From a virus (Duplodnaviria; Caudoviricetes): 64,000 bases of DNA. Shown here one piece after another: positions 37,840 to 48,300 of the stretch. The notes under the pieces are model-generated. The model ran no database searches. It was not told the DNA's origin and was given only the letters and a program-made list of their open reading frames with translations. The position numbers and the translations under genes are program-made. Position 1 is the first letter of the stretch; every line of letters starts with the position of its first letter. The stretch covers positions 32,001 to 96,000 of the IMG/VR virus record IMGVR_UViG_2974707348_000001; one strand, 5' to 3'.

Positions 37840-39225
37840 ATTAGTAACCGCTGTGAATTGGAATCGGCTGGAAGATAACATCGACCGTGCAACTTGGGAT
37901 AAATTGATTTCACAATTTTGGGTCAGCTCACGTGTACCCGTTTCAAATGACATGGGTGATTGGAATAAATTGTCTGCCCCAGAGAAAGATTTATTCAATA
38001 AAGTTTTTGGGGGGTTAACCCTACTTGATACTTTGCAGGGTGAAGTCGGTAACAATGAGATTGCAAAAGATTCTCGTACTCAACATGAACTAGCTGTATT
38101 CAGGAATATCGCCTACATGGAATGCATCCATGCTGAATCATATTCAACAATCTTCTCAACTTTCTGTACTATGAAAGATATTGATGGGATATTTGAATGG
38201 ACTGCAACAAATCCTTATATTGTTAAGAAAACAGAAATTATCCAAGACATCTATGAAAACGGAACTCCTCTTCAAAAGAAAGTTGCATCAGTATTCTTGG
38301 AATCATTCCTCTTTTACTCAGGATTCTTTACACCCTTATATTATGCTGGACTCGGAAAGATGAAAAATACAGCCGAGATTGTAAAATTAATTTTGAGGGA
38401 TGAGTCGGTTTTGTAAGTGAGCTGACTTAGGTATTTTGCCTTAGCGAAACCACAATCCTAAACAGGGAAACTCTCTCGCAGACAATCCTGTGTTAAATTA
38501 TTGTAAAAACCTTATGATAAACTCTCTATCTTTTTTAAGATGATGAAGACCGAGAGTTTCTCAAAAAGGAAGAAGTACAATATAAAGACTCAACGACTAT
38601 CGAAAGGCAGTTAATAGCTCTAGGGGTTATTAATGAAACCAAGTAGAGTACAGCCAAGTGGTAAGCAACGTGTGTGAAAATGGCATGCAGATAAGTCTTT
38701 TAAATGGAAATGGAGTATGTGGGGTGTTGACTAACAACAGCACTAAGATATAGTCTCAGCGTCCATAGTGATATGGAGAAGTTCATCAGAGAACTGCATA
38801 GAACTTACGACTCTATGTGAAGGTACTATCACGGATATTACATAGGCTACAAATTTCAAATTGGATACAATGAATTAACAGAATCTGAACAAGAAGAGTT
38901 AGAAGAATGGACATTCGATTTACTTGAGAAGCTATATCAAAATGAATTGAAATATACTGAACTTCTTTATGATACTGTGGGTTATACAGAGGACGTAAAA
39001 CAATTCCTCAAATATAACGCAGACAAAGCTCTTATGAATCTCGGATTCGACACTTTATTTGAAGTTGGTCGTGAAGATATCAATCCACTCGTAATGAATG
39101 GTATCTCAACTGAAACAGCTAACCATGATTTCTTCTCAGCGGTAGGTAATGGATATCTCCTTGGAGAAGTCGAAGCTATGAAAGACGATGACTACGCTTT
39201 GATTAAAGAAAAACTTAATAAATAA
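37826..39225 (+). CDS. nrdF: Class Ib RNR beta subunit; exons 37826-38409 + 38829-39225
   Basis: GLTLLDT, ECIHAESYS, LESFLFYSGF, RDESV|HGYYIG, NHDFFS. Confidence 0.92.
38410..38828 (+). mobile_element. Group I intron of nrdF (419 nt, no ORF, apparent terminal A)
   Basis: P1 GAGTCGGT/GCTGACTT, P10 GTGA/TCAC, P7 GACTA/TAGTC. Confidence 0.82.
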
Positions 39226-39232
39226 AAAAATC

Positions 39233-39268
39233 AGAGGACTTGACAAGTCCTCTTTTTTATGGTATAAT
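39233..39268 (+). promoter_or_regulatory. Terminator palindrome centred on -35, plus -10
   Basis: AGAGGACTTG-A-CAAGTCCTCT followed by T-run; TATAAT 39263. Confidence 0.8.
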
Positions 39269-39303
39269 ATTACTATCAAACATTTAAGGAGAATAAACAT
39301 AAT

Positions 39304-39873
39304 ATGGGTTTACCAAACAATCAAAACTATACCCCTACAGTACACTATTTAGAAAGGATGTCAGAACGATTTAATATTAAAACAAACTTAGAGTCTATGA
39401 ACTTTTTTAAACAACAAGTTGATACTTTAGAGTATGCTGGAAAAAATACTACTAAGCTTGGTGTGTGCGAAGTTTGGGCGAATGATAAAGTAACTTTTAT
39501 TCTTGATGTTCAAAATAAGAGAATTGTAACAGTTTATAAAACTGGAAGCATTGAAATTCAGGTTGATGATACCTCTATAAAAAAATCCGAACAATATTTC
39601 GAAAATCCACTATCATTGTTCGGAAATGAACAGATTCATAGCATAATCTTTGATGAATTGTTCGGAAATGTCGAACAAACTTTTGAAAAAATCTCAAATT
39701 TAACAAGTAAAATCACGATTTTACATGAGAAGATGCAAAAGACAAGCCGTAAAGATTACAAGGCTAAACAAATGGATGAAGCTCATGAAATCATGTATGA
39801 ACTTGCACGTCAAATTAAAGCATGTAGTCAAAAAGAAAACGAAATTAACAAATTTAAAGAAAGACTTGGGTAA
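39304..39873 (+). CDS. Hypothetical protein with RelE/DUF4258-like N-domain
   Basis: TVHYLERMSERF...IVTVY, then a helical tail. Confidence 0.6.
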   Translation: MGLPNNQNYTPTVHYLERMSERFNIKTNLESMNFFKQQVDTLEYAGKNTTKLGVCEVWANDKVTFILDVQNKRIVTVYKTGSIEIQVDDTSIKKSEQYFENPLSLFGNEQIHSIIFDELFGNVEQTFEKISNLTSKITILHEKMQKTSRKDYKAKQMDEAHEIMYELARQIKACSQKENEINKFKERLG

Positions 39874-39878
39874 CTATT

Positions 39879-40172
39879 ATGGAAGATAAAATTTCAACAC
39901 TAGCAGAAGTTAATAAACTTATTGACGAATATAATGAATTTTCTGATAGATTTAATGAAGATTTTGACGAATATAATGAATTTTCTGATAACCTTAATGA
40001 AGATTGGGAAACGGCATTCTTTATGATATTAAAAATTCATGAATCAGACAGCAAACGAACAGGAAAGATTCTTGATGTCCTTTTTGATAATCTTGACGAC
40101 TTGCCAAAACCAGTCATTGAGGTAATGCAAAAATATTCAAATCTCGAACGTAATAATTTGAAAGGAAAATAA
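39879..40172 (+). CDS. Hypothetical protein with 14-aa tandem duplication
   Basis: DEYNEFSD.NED twice. Confidence 0.65.
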   Translation: MEDKISTLAEVNKLIDEYNEFSDRFNEDFDEYNEFSDNLNEDWETAFFMILKIHESDSKRTGKILDVLFDNLDDLPKPVIEVMQKYSNLERNNLKGK

Positions 40173-40173
40173 A

Positions 40174-40449
40174 ATGGAAGCAATTGATGTTGAATTTACT
40201 ATAGGAGTTGATGACTATTTGGATGAAAAATTCCGATTATTAGAAATGAATTGTTATTACGATTTTGATATTTCTCGAAAACTAGAAATGCTTGATGCTA
40301 TTCGCAAAGGGCTTATTGAAGAAGAAATCTGCAAAGTAACAAACATTATTAATACTCTGCATCACTCAACACATAGCTCTGGTGAATTAACAAAACTCAT
40401 CGAGACGCAAACAAAACTATTAGAAAGATTGAAAAATAATGGAAATTAA
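40174..40449 (+). CDS. Hypothetical protein
   Basis: AAGGA RBS. Confidence 0.65.
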   Translation: MEAIDVEFTIGVDDYLDEKFRLLEMNCYYDFDISRKLEMLDAIRKGLIEEEICKVTNIINTLHHSTHSSGELTKLIETQTKLLERLKNNGN

Positions 40450-41359
40450 AGATGTAGTAATTATTGGTGGTGGAGTCGCAGGTACAACTGTGGCTTTATA
40501 TCTTGCTCGTGCAGGATTCGAACCTGTCCTATTGACAGACGGTGAAATTGGTGGAAATCTTAATTCCATTGATACCATTCAAAATTACGTTGGAATTTAT
40601 AACGCAAAAGGTAGTGATATCACAGAAGCAATTCGCTGTCAACTTTATCAAGCTGGATGTGATATGGGTAGCAATATTAAAGAAGATACTAAAGTAACCA
40701 ATGTTTCTAAAGATAAAAATGGTATTTATCTGATTACGTATGAAAACCTTTTAGGCACTGAGGATACTATTCTGTCTAAAAACCTTGTCATTGCAACAGG
40801 TCAACACAATCTTAAACTTCCAATTGACACAGAACAACACAATTGTGTTTTGTGTGATGGCTTTATGTTTAAAGGTGAACCAGTAGTTGTAATTGGTGGT
40901 GGAAATTCTGCTTTAACAGAAGCAATCGAGCTAGCTAAAACATCAAGTAAAGTTTATCTTGTTACACGTAGACCAGAGTTTCGTGCAGAACAACATTTGC
41001 AAAATGAAATCAAAGAACATGATAATATTGTTCATTCAGTGGGTAATCTTCAATCTGTGGTTGGAGACTCATATATCTTCGACACACACACTATTATGGC
41101 AAAAGGGCTTTTTGTTTACATTGGCTCAAAACCTAATACACAGTTTATGGAAGACGAATTAATTCTAACAGATAGCGGACATATTGATACAATGGGTTAT
41201 AATGCTTTGGTTGGTGTTAAAGGTAGTCGCCACATGGATATTGACCGAAACTTATATGTTGTTGGTGATGTGAATGGTTCGGTTGAAGCAAAACAATTTG
41301 GTATTGCCATTGGTCAAGCCACAGAGGTTGCAGTCCAACTTATTAAAAAATTGTCATAA
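40439..41359 (+). CDS. trxB: Thioredoxin reductase
   Basis: IIGGGVAG, IATG, CVLCDG, VIGGGNSA, VVGD. Confidence 0.9.
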   Translation: MEIKDVVIIGGGVAGTTVALYLARAGFEPVLLTDGEIGGNLNSIDTIQNYVGIYNAKGSDITEAIRCQLYQAGCDMGSNIKEDTKVTNVSKDKNGIYLITYENLLGTEDTILSKNLVIATGQHNLKLPIDTEQHNCVLCDGFMFKGEPVVVIGGGNSALTEAIELAKTSSKVYLVTRRPEFRAEQHLQNEIKEHDNIVHSVGNLQSVVGDSYIFDTHTIMAKGLFVYIGSKPNTQFMEDELILTDSGHIDTMGYNALVGVKGSRHMDIDRNLYVVGDVNGSVEAKQFGIAIGQATEVAVQLIKKLS

Positions 41360-41373
41360 CTATGACCTCACTC

Positions 41374-41402
41374 TTGACATATGATATTAATTATGGTATA
41401 AT
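41374..41402 (+). promoter_or_regulatory. sigmaA promoter
   Basis: TTGACA-17-TATAAT with TG extension. Confidence 0.85.
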
Positions 41403-41437
41403 ATTATGAGTAATATGTTTAGAAAGGAGAACATGAA

Positions 41438-42118
41438 ATGAGTCCGAAAAGCGAACTAATATTTGATAATTTAGAAAATATGGACAATATCCTTATTTTT
41501 GTTGGTGCAAGTGGAAGTGGTAAATCAACTCTTGTAGAACATATCAGAAAAAATTTAGGCATTCCTCAACTTGTCACCACTACAACACGACACAAGAGGC
41601 GTAACGAGAAAGAAGGAGAAGATTATCACTTTATTGGGCCAGAAGAGTTTAACCGTTTAGCTGATAATGAGTCTTTTTTGGAGACTACCAGTTATTCTGG
41701 TAACTTATATGGTTTAACTAAAGAGGAAATTGATAAAAATTCTAACAATGTATCAACTGTTATCACAGATATCAATGGTGCTCGTACATTGGCAAATCTG
41801 TACCCAGACCGTGTTATGGTCTTTTGGATGAAAAGTACACCACTTAATCTTGTTAAGAGATTAAGAAAACGTGGTGAAAGTTGGTTCACGATTATATCCA
41901 GACTGTTTAATGCTTATCGTTGTGATGAGTTTACCGTTCCATCATCGAAGTTTGTTGATGTAACATTTACGGTTATTCACTCGGAAGATGATATGGTTAA
42001 TAATTTTGGAATAGTTTATTATAAGCTATTAACAGATGAGTTCAAAAAGAACACAGATTATCTACAAAAATTAGAAAAAGAAAAGGAACTGAATAATGGC
42101 AGAAAGACGTTATTATAA
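41438..42118 (+). CDS. gmk: Guanylate kinase
   Basis: GASGSGKST, TTTTR..R..E..G.DYHF, Y.GNLYG. Confidence 0.9.
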   Translation: MSPKSELIFDNLENMDNILIFVGASGSGKSTLVEHIRKNLGIPQLVTTTTRHKRRNEKEGEDYHFIGPEEFNRLADNESFLETTSYSGNLYGLTKEEIDKNSNNVSTVITDINGARTLANLYPDRVMVFWMKSTPLNLVKRLRKRGESWFTIISRLFNAYRCDEFTVPSSKFVDVTFTVIHSEDDMVNNFGIVYYKLLTDEFKKNTDYLQKLEKEKELNNGRKTLL

Positions 42119-42839
42119 AACAGGAGAACAAGTATGGTCAAATCAAGATGGTGTGGTAGCTATCGTTAAAAGTGTCGATACTGTAAATAAGGAAATGACA
42201 GTTTATCTTCTTGATGAAAAAGATAAGACAACTACAGCCACACGTAACCTTTGGGAATTTGATAAACTTCGTGGATTTAATAAATATGAAGCTGGGACAA
42301 TTGGTTTTGCTAAATTCCGTCCAACAGCTAAAATCCCTACTAAGAATCATTTTGAAGATGCGGGATTTGATGTTTATTTAGATATCCCTAAAGAACACAA
42401 ATGGAAAGATTTATCAGGTCAAGAACATGACTCATGGAATAATGGAGTCCTCTCACTTCATATCTTTAAAGGTAAACCAACCCTATTACCGACTGGTATC
42501 GGAGTGAAAGTTTCAGAAGATTACTATACTGATTGGGCTAATGAACGTGGTTCAACTGGTTTACAAGGTATGGCTACACTTTCAGGTGTTGTTGATGCAG
42601 GGTATCGTGGTGAAGTATTCCTTGATATTGCTCCGACTTATAAAGATATTATTATTACAAATGCTTATCAAGATGTGAAGGAAACTGATGATGAAATTTT
42701 CTTCCCAATCACAAAAGCTGTTGCTCAAATGATTGTACGTGATAATTTACATTTACGTGAATATGAATTATCTATTGATGATTTTAAAGATGATGTAACT
42801 AATCGTGGAGATTCTAAATTAGGTGCTTCTGGAAAATAA
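42096..42839 (+). CDS. dut: Trimeric dUTPase with extra N-terminal domain
   Basis: AGFDV, ERGS, GVVDAGYRGE, AQMIV, RG...LGASG. Confidence 0.85.
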   Translation: MAERRYYKTGEQVWSNQDGVVAIVKSVDTVNKEMTVYLLDEKDKTTTATRNLWEFDKLRGFNKYEAGTIGFAKFRPTAKIPTKNHFEDAGFDVYLDIPKEHKWKDLSGQEHDSWNNGVLSLHIFKGKPTLLPTGIGVKVSEDYYTDWANERGSTGLQGMATLSGVVDAGYRGEVFLDIAPTYKDIIITNAYQDVKETDDEIFFPITKAVAQMIVRDNLHLREYELSIDDFKDDVTNRGDSKLGASGK

Positions 42840-42848
42840 TAATCTATT

Positions 42849-42907
42849 AACTAGCTTCGGCTAGTTTTTGTTTTTCTCTTGACAGGTAGGGAAAATTATG
42901 ATATAAT
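42849..42907 (+). promoter_or_regulatory. Terminator plus sigmaA promoter
   Basis: AACTAGC-TTCG-GCTAGTTTTT; TTGACA(42879)-17-TATAAT. Confidence 0.85.
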
Positions 42908-42934
42908 ATTATTATAATAAAAAAGGAGAAAATA

Positions 42935-43699
42935 ATGAATTTAGAGCAATACTTAAAATTAACTGGTTTTGATAAGCCTGAACAAAAAGGTATTAACATT
43001 GCAATTCTTGACAGTGGATTTAATACACAAAATAAAAATGTAAAATATAGATTTAATGCCTTTGACAAATCAGAAGACGTAAAAGATGAACGTGGACATG
43101 GTACTGCAATTCTTGATGTTGTCAGTACAATTTCACCAAACTCAAACTTCTATTTATTCAAGGCTTTAGATAAAGATGGAAAAGGAACAATGTTATCAAT
43201 TTATGAATCATTGATTCGTGTACGTGATATTGAAGAAATTGATATTGTCTGCATGAGTTTTAGTAGTTTTCAAAAACTTAGTATTACAACAGATAAAGCA
43301 ATTAAAGAGTGCCTTGAAAACAAAAAGATTCTTGTATCAGCACTAGGTAATGATGAACGACAACAGGACACTTATCCAAGTGCTGTGGAAGGTGTATATA
43401 AAGTAGGTGCACTTTCTGAAAGTCTAATCTCACGCTACCACTTATCAAATTATTCTCCAACAACCCACTTTGTGGCATTAGGTGAAAATATTCTTGCCAA
43501 TGAAGAACTACGTGAAGGTACAAGCTTTGCAACCGCTATTGTTGTTGGACAAATTGCAGAGATTATGGCTCATTATCAAATCAAAAAAGAAGAAGTTAAT
43601 TATGAATTATTTGAAGATTCATTCTTATCTAGCTCATTACGGACTATGGATATAGCTAAGGGTCATCTTCTTAAGGGAGGTAGCGATGACTTTGAGTGA
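42935..43699 (+). CDS. Cytoplasmic subtilisin-like (S8) serine protease
   Basis: Triad motifs ILDSG, GHGT, GTSFA; oxyanion-hole GN; no signal or propeptide. Confidence 0.88.
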   Translation: MNLEQYLKLTGFDKPEQKGINIAILDSGFNTQNKNVKYRFNAFDKSEDVKDERGHGTAILDVVSTISPNSNFYLFKALDKDGKGTMLSIYESLIRVRDIEEIDIVCMSFSSFQKLSITTDKAIKECLENKKILVSALGNDERQQDTYPSAVEGVYKVGALSESLISRYHLSNYSPTTHFVALGENILANEELREGTSFATAIVVGQIAEIMAHYQIKKEEVNYELFEDSFLSSSLRTMDIAKGHLLKGGSDDFE

Positions 43700-44207
43700 T
43701 GAGTTTGAATTTAACTACCTAAAAACAATGTATGCCAGTGGATATAGTCTTGAAAATATTGATAAATATCTATCAGATTCAGAATATACTGCACAGGATT
43801 TCATCAACGAACTAGTTTTACGTGAAGTTACAGTAAGCGAAACCAAAAAGACTGGTAAACGATTGTCAGAAGACTTGAAGAAATTAATTGCACAGCGTGA
43901 TAGTAACGGAATCTCTCGTACAGAAATATTTAAAGAACTTAATCTTAATTTTTTAACTGTTCGTAGAGCTTGTGAAAAATATGGCTCTGCAAACAAATAT
44001 AATGGACGAGTGTCATATCGTGACATTTATGAGGTTGTTCCTTTTGCTATCAAACATGTGACAGATGGAATCATTTGTCCTATCTGTAGAGGACGTGCTA
44101 ATAGCACAGAAGGCTCTCCCAATGTTTTCTTCTGTGTTAAATGCTTAGAGGAATATACTGTTCGTCATAGAAAATTATATCGCACACGTTGGGAAAATAT
44201 AGACTAA
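43686..44207 (+). CDS. HTH + Zn-ribbon protein
   Basis: ISRTEIFKELNLNFLTVRRAC HTH; CPIC...CVKC. Confidence 0.65.
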   Translation: MTLSDEFEFNYLKTMYASGYSLENIDKYLSDSEYTAQDFINELVLREVTVSETKKTGKRLSEDLKKLIAQRDSNGISRTEIFKELNLNFLTVRRACEKYGSANKYNGRVSYRDIYEVVPFAIKHVTDGIICPICRGRANSTEGSPNVFFCVKCLEEYTVRHRKLYRTRWENID

Positions 44208-44250
44208 AAAAAATAAAAAGAATAAAAAAAGGAACACAAGGAGAAATAAA

Positions 44251-44883
44251 ATGACATACCAATTGAAAGTAATTTACCCTAAACAAGAATCTATTGAATC
44301 AAATAAATTCACTGAACGTAGCCATAACGAGTTGATTGATGATGTATCTGCTGAGGACGCAATTAAGACTTATAAAGATTTACTATTGCAAGGATACTCT
44401 ATCGCAACATCATTTACTCCACCAGAAATTGTCGAAGATGAAAATTTTGATGCATTTGTTGTGGCTAAAAATCTTGAATTAGCAGGGTTGCAATACACAG
44501 CAACTATCAAGCTCAAAAGTAAAACAGACTACGAGGGTGCTAAAGAGATTACTAGGGTTATTGAACAGCAAGGGTTTGATTATTCAGTAACAGCTAAATT
44601 AAATATCAATGAAAACTCACCTGTAGACTTTGAAAAGGAAAGTACTTGGTTTGACTCTGAATATGCTTCATATTCTGTATTACCAAAAGCTAAAAGCTAC
44701 GATATTATGGATTTAAAATCTCTATATGAAACACTATCAGATATAAATCTAAAAGTATCCATCAGTCTTAAAATGCGTACTAAAAAAGATAATGATGAGG
44801 TCTTTGAACAACAACTGGATTCTTATCCAGATGACACACTTATTATTTTAAAACTTAAGGATGCTGATATTTATGGTGAATAA
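44251..44883 (+). CDS. Hypothetical acidic protein
   Basis: AAGGAG RBS, 210 aa. Confidence 0.75.
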   Translation: MTYQLKVIYPKQESIESNKFTERSHNELIDDVSAEDAIKTYKDLLLQGYSIATSFTPPEIVEDENFDAFVVAKNLELAGLQYTATIKLKSKTDYEGAKEITRVIEQQGFDYSVTAKLNINENSPVDFEKESTWFDSEYASYSVLPKAKSYDIMDLKSLYETLSDINLKVSISLKMRTKKDNDEVFEQQLDSYPDDTLIILKLKDADIYGE

Positions 44884-45208
44884 AGTATATGCTGATGCTA
44901 TATTATTAAAGTATGAACAAGGTGAATATGAAGGCTATGAACTAGTAGTTTTTAATGTTTTAGATAAAAATTTAACACTGCTAGAGATTACTGATGTCGC
45001 AAAGTTATTCTTAAAAGAGTATGTGCATAATGAAGACTACCTATCTTATACTGGAATGACGATATTTGCTGAACATTGGAAAAATGGAAAAATGGTAAAG
45101 AGTATTAAAATAGGTAACGTTCACGATGAGGACGATAGAGATGGTTTACCAGTTTGGAAATGCGATTGGGAAATTGGTGAAACTGAATACTTTTATCCGT
45201 ATGGTTGA
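44861..45208 (+). CDS. Hypothetical protein
   Basis: Overlapping ORF; start uncertain. Confidence 0.65.
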   Translation: MLIFMVNKVYADAILLKYEQGEYEGYELVVFNVLDKNLTLLEITDVAKLFLKEYVHNEDYLSYTGMTIFAEHWKNGKMVKSIKIGNVHDEDDRDGLPVWKCDWEIGETEYFYPYG

Positions 45209-45214
45209 TAAATA

Positions 45215-45263
45215 AAAATAGTTGGGGCTTAGCCTTGACTATTTTTTTGTTTTATGATATAAT
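45215..45263 (+). promoter_or_regulatory. Terminator plus sigmaA promoter for dnaE
   Basis: AAAATAGTTGGGGCT/AGCCTTGACTATTTT; TTGACT(45235)-17-TATAAT. Confidence 0.8.
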
Positions 45264-45303
45264 AGATATGTAATAAAATATTTAAAAATATAGGAGGAAT
45301 TGA

Positions 45304-48300
45304 ATGACAGACTTAAACACATTAACATATCAAAACATTCACTCACACAGTTTTTATTCAAATATTTCAACGCATGACTCAGTTATCTCTCGTACAGATG
45401 TTGCAGAACGTGCTGTTGAGCTAGGACATACAACCTTATCATGTATTGAACATGGTTATATGGGGAACGTATTTGAAACTTATAGAATTGCTAAACAATT
45501 TAATCTTAAACTAATCTTTGGAACAGAGTTCTATTATGTTAAAGACCGTTTTGAGAAAGACCGTACCAATTCCCATTTGCTCGTTGTAGCTAAGAATGAG
45601 AATGGTAAAGAAGCTATCACAGGACTTATTTCAGAATCATACCAAACTGGATTCTATGGACGTAATCGTATTGACGAAGAATTATTATTTTCTCTTCCAA
45701 AAGACGATGTTATTGTAACAACTGCGTGTATTGCAAGTCCTATCAATCTTTATGAAGGATATGCTGAATACTTTATTCCAAAAGCTAAAGCTTACTTTGG
45801 CGACAATTTCTTTTTAGAAGTTCAACCACATTGGAATAAAAAACAAGCTGACTTCAACGAGAAGTTGATTGAGTACCGAAAAGAATATAATGTTCCTTTT
45901 ATCTTAGGTGTTGATACTCATTACATTAAAGAAGAAGACTACAAAATACGTGACATTTATCTTAAATCTCGTAAGATTGTTTATGATAAAGAAGAAGGGT
46001 TCTTCATGGATTATCCCGAAACCAAAACAATCATAGAGCGATTTAAAAAACAAAATGTTTTAAGTGATGAACAAATCATAGAAGCTTTTGATAACAGTCA
46101 TGTTGTTGATGAGTTCGATGCTATTGTAATCAACGATGATATTAAGATGCCATCTGTTTATCCAGATAAGACTGAGAAAGAAAAAGTTAAAATTTTAAAG
46201 AAACATATTAATAAGGCTTGGATTGAAGACCGCAAACATATTTCAAAAGAACGTCATAAAGAATATATTGAAGCAATTCAATCTGAAATGTCCATTGTAG
46301 AGAATACTCATATGACAGATTATTTCTTGATGAATGAGAAAATTATTAGTTTAGGTAAAGAAAAATATGGCGGAGTCTTGACTAAGACTGGACGTGGGTG
46401 TTTTGAAGAAACAGCTCTTGTTCAAACAAAAGATAGTCTTAAAAAGATATCAGAAGTAGAAGTTGGAGACAAGGTTATCAATCGCTTTGGAGAATGGGAT
46501 AACGTAATTAATAAATTCACTTACGATATTGAAGAAGAAATGATTCAAATTGACCACTTAAATAGTGCTGGAAAATACAATCCTATCATTGCAACCTTTG
46601 ACCACAAAATCCTTATCAAAGATGGTAATGGAACTAAATTTGTTCAAGCTAAAGATTTGACTAAAAATGACTATGTTGTGTTACCAAAACTTAAACATAT
46701 TGTTGAAGAAACTTATCGTAAAGATTTTATTGACCTCAACGACTTTAACGACTTTGGATTCGAATATGATGATAAGTTTATTTATGAGACATATGAAGGG
46801 GCAAATAATCGTAGATACAATAAAACCATTAACCGCTTCATTCCTAATGACAAAGTACATAATATTTTTGTCGGATTAATGTATGGTGATGGCAATGTAC
46901 ACCGAAATGATGTAAGTCTATATGTCAATACCAAAACGCATAAAATTTATAAGAATAAAAATATTTTTAAACTTATCTCTGATAGGGTTGGAGTTTCAAT
47001 GAAAGTCTACTCAGCTAAGAATAAGAACTTAGAACATCTAATTTCTACCTCTAAAATCTTTGCTTCATTCATTAAAAAAGAATACTTTACATCCAATAAA
47101 GATAGTTTTAAGAAATTTAATAAATCTCTCTTTAATCAGTCTAATGAAAACTTGTCAGGGTTAAAAGAAGGTCTCATCCTTTCAGATGGCTCTGTTTCAG
47201 ATGGTAGAATTTCATTTGATAACACCTCTAAAGACTTGATGTATTCCTATAAAAAATTAAATGATATTCTTCACGAGACTCCTGTATCTATGAGTGTTCG
47301 TCTTAAACATATAGACTCACGGGGTTATACTTCAAAAGAATCTTACAAAATGAGAAAAAGAGATGATAATGTTTGCAAAACTGCTTCGAGAGTCTTAGAA
47401 GATGAAGAACATTTCTATCTGCCTATCACTAAACTAACTATCATTCCAAAACGTAAGACAAAAGTTTATGATTTACAAGTAGAAAATGACCCTAGTTTTG
47501 TTATCTATAATATGGTTGTGCACAATTCAGCCCCTTCTTTCTACTTAAATAAACTACTTGATTTTACAGCAGTAGACCGTGTCAATTCGCCATTAAAATT
47601 ATATCCTACTCGTTTTATGTCAGAATCACGTATCTTGGAGGCTCGCAGTTTGCCTGACGTGGACTACAATACAGCAGACCCAGAGCCTTTTATGAAAGCT
47701 CAAAAAGAGATTTTAGGTGAAGACAATGCTTATCAAATGATTGCTTATGGAACAATGCAAGAAAAAGATGCTTTCAAAACATATTGTCGTGGGTTAGATA
47801 TTCCGAAAAATGAATACTGGACAATTGCAGAAGACCTTGAACGTTGGGTTAAAACTGATAAGTGGAGAGATATTATTAAAGCTAGTCAGCAATTCATTGG
47901 AGTCGTAACTTCTTTCTCACCTCATCCATGTTCATCATTGTTGCTTTCAGACCCTATCTCTCGCAAGATTGGTGTTATTAAAACAAAAGAAGGTGTCGAC
48001 GTTGCTCTAATTGGTTCTTATGATTCTGATGTATATAAATATCTTAAAAATGATTTATTAGTTGTTACGGTTTGGGATATTATTGCTAAAGTATGTAAAG
48101 AATTAAATATTGAAATTCCTGATGTACGTACTCTTACAAAACTAGTAGAGAGTAATGATAAAGTATGGGATTTGTATAAAGATGGAATGGTTGCAACTCT
48201 CAATCAAGCTGGAACACCATCTGGTAAACCTCAAGTGATGCAATATAAACCTCAAAGTGTTCGTGAATTAAGTATGTGGGTTGCAGGTATTCGCCCTTCA

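Noticed and set aside
3136-38416. Stop-codon recoding to explain in-frame stops in conserved genes
   Set aside because: The breaks in core genes are explained by group I introns, all three stop codons end normal genes, and there is no suppressor tRNA.
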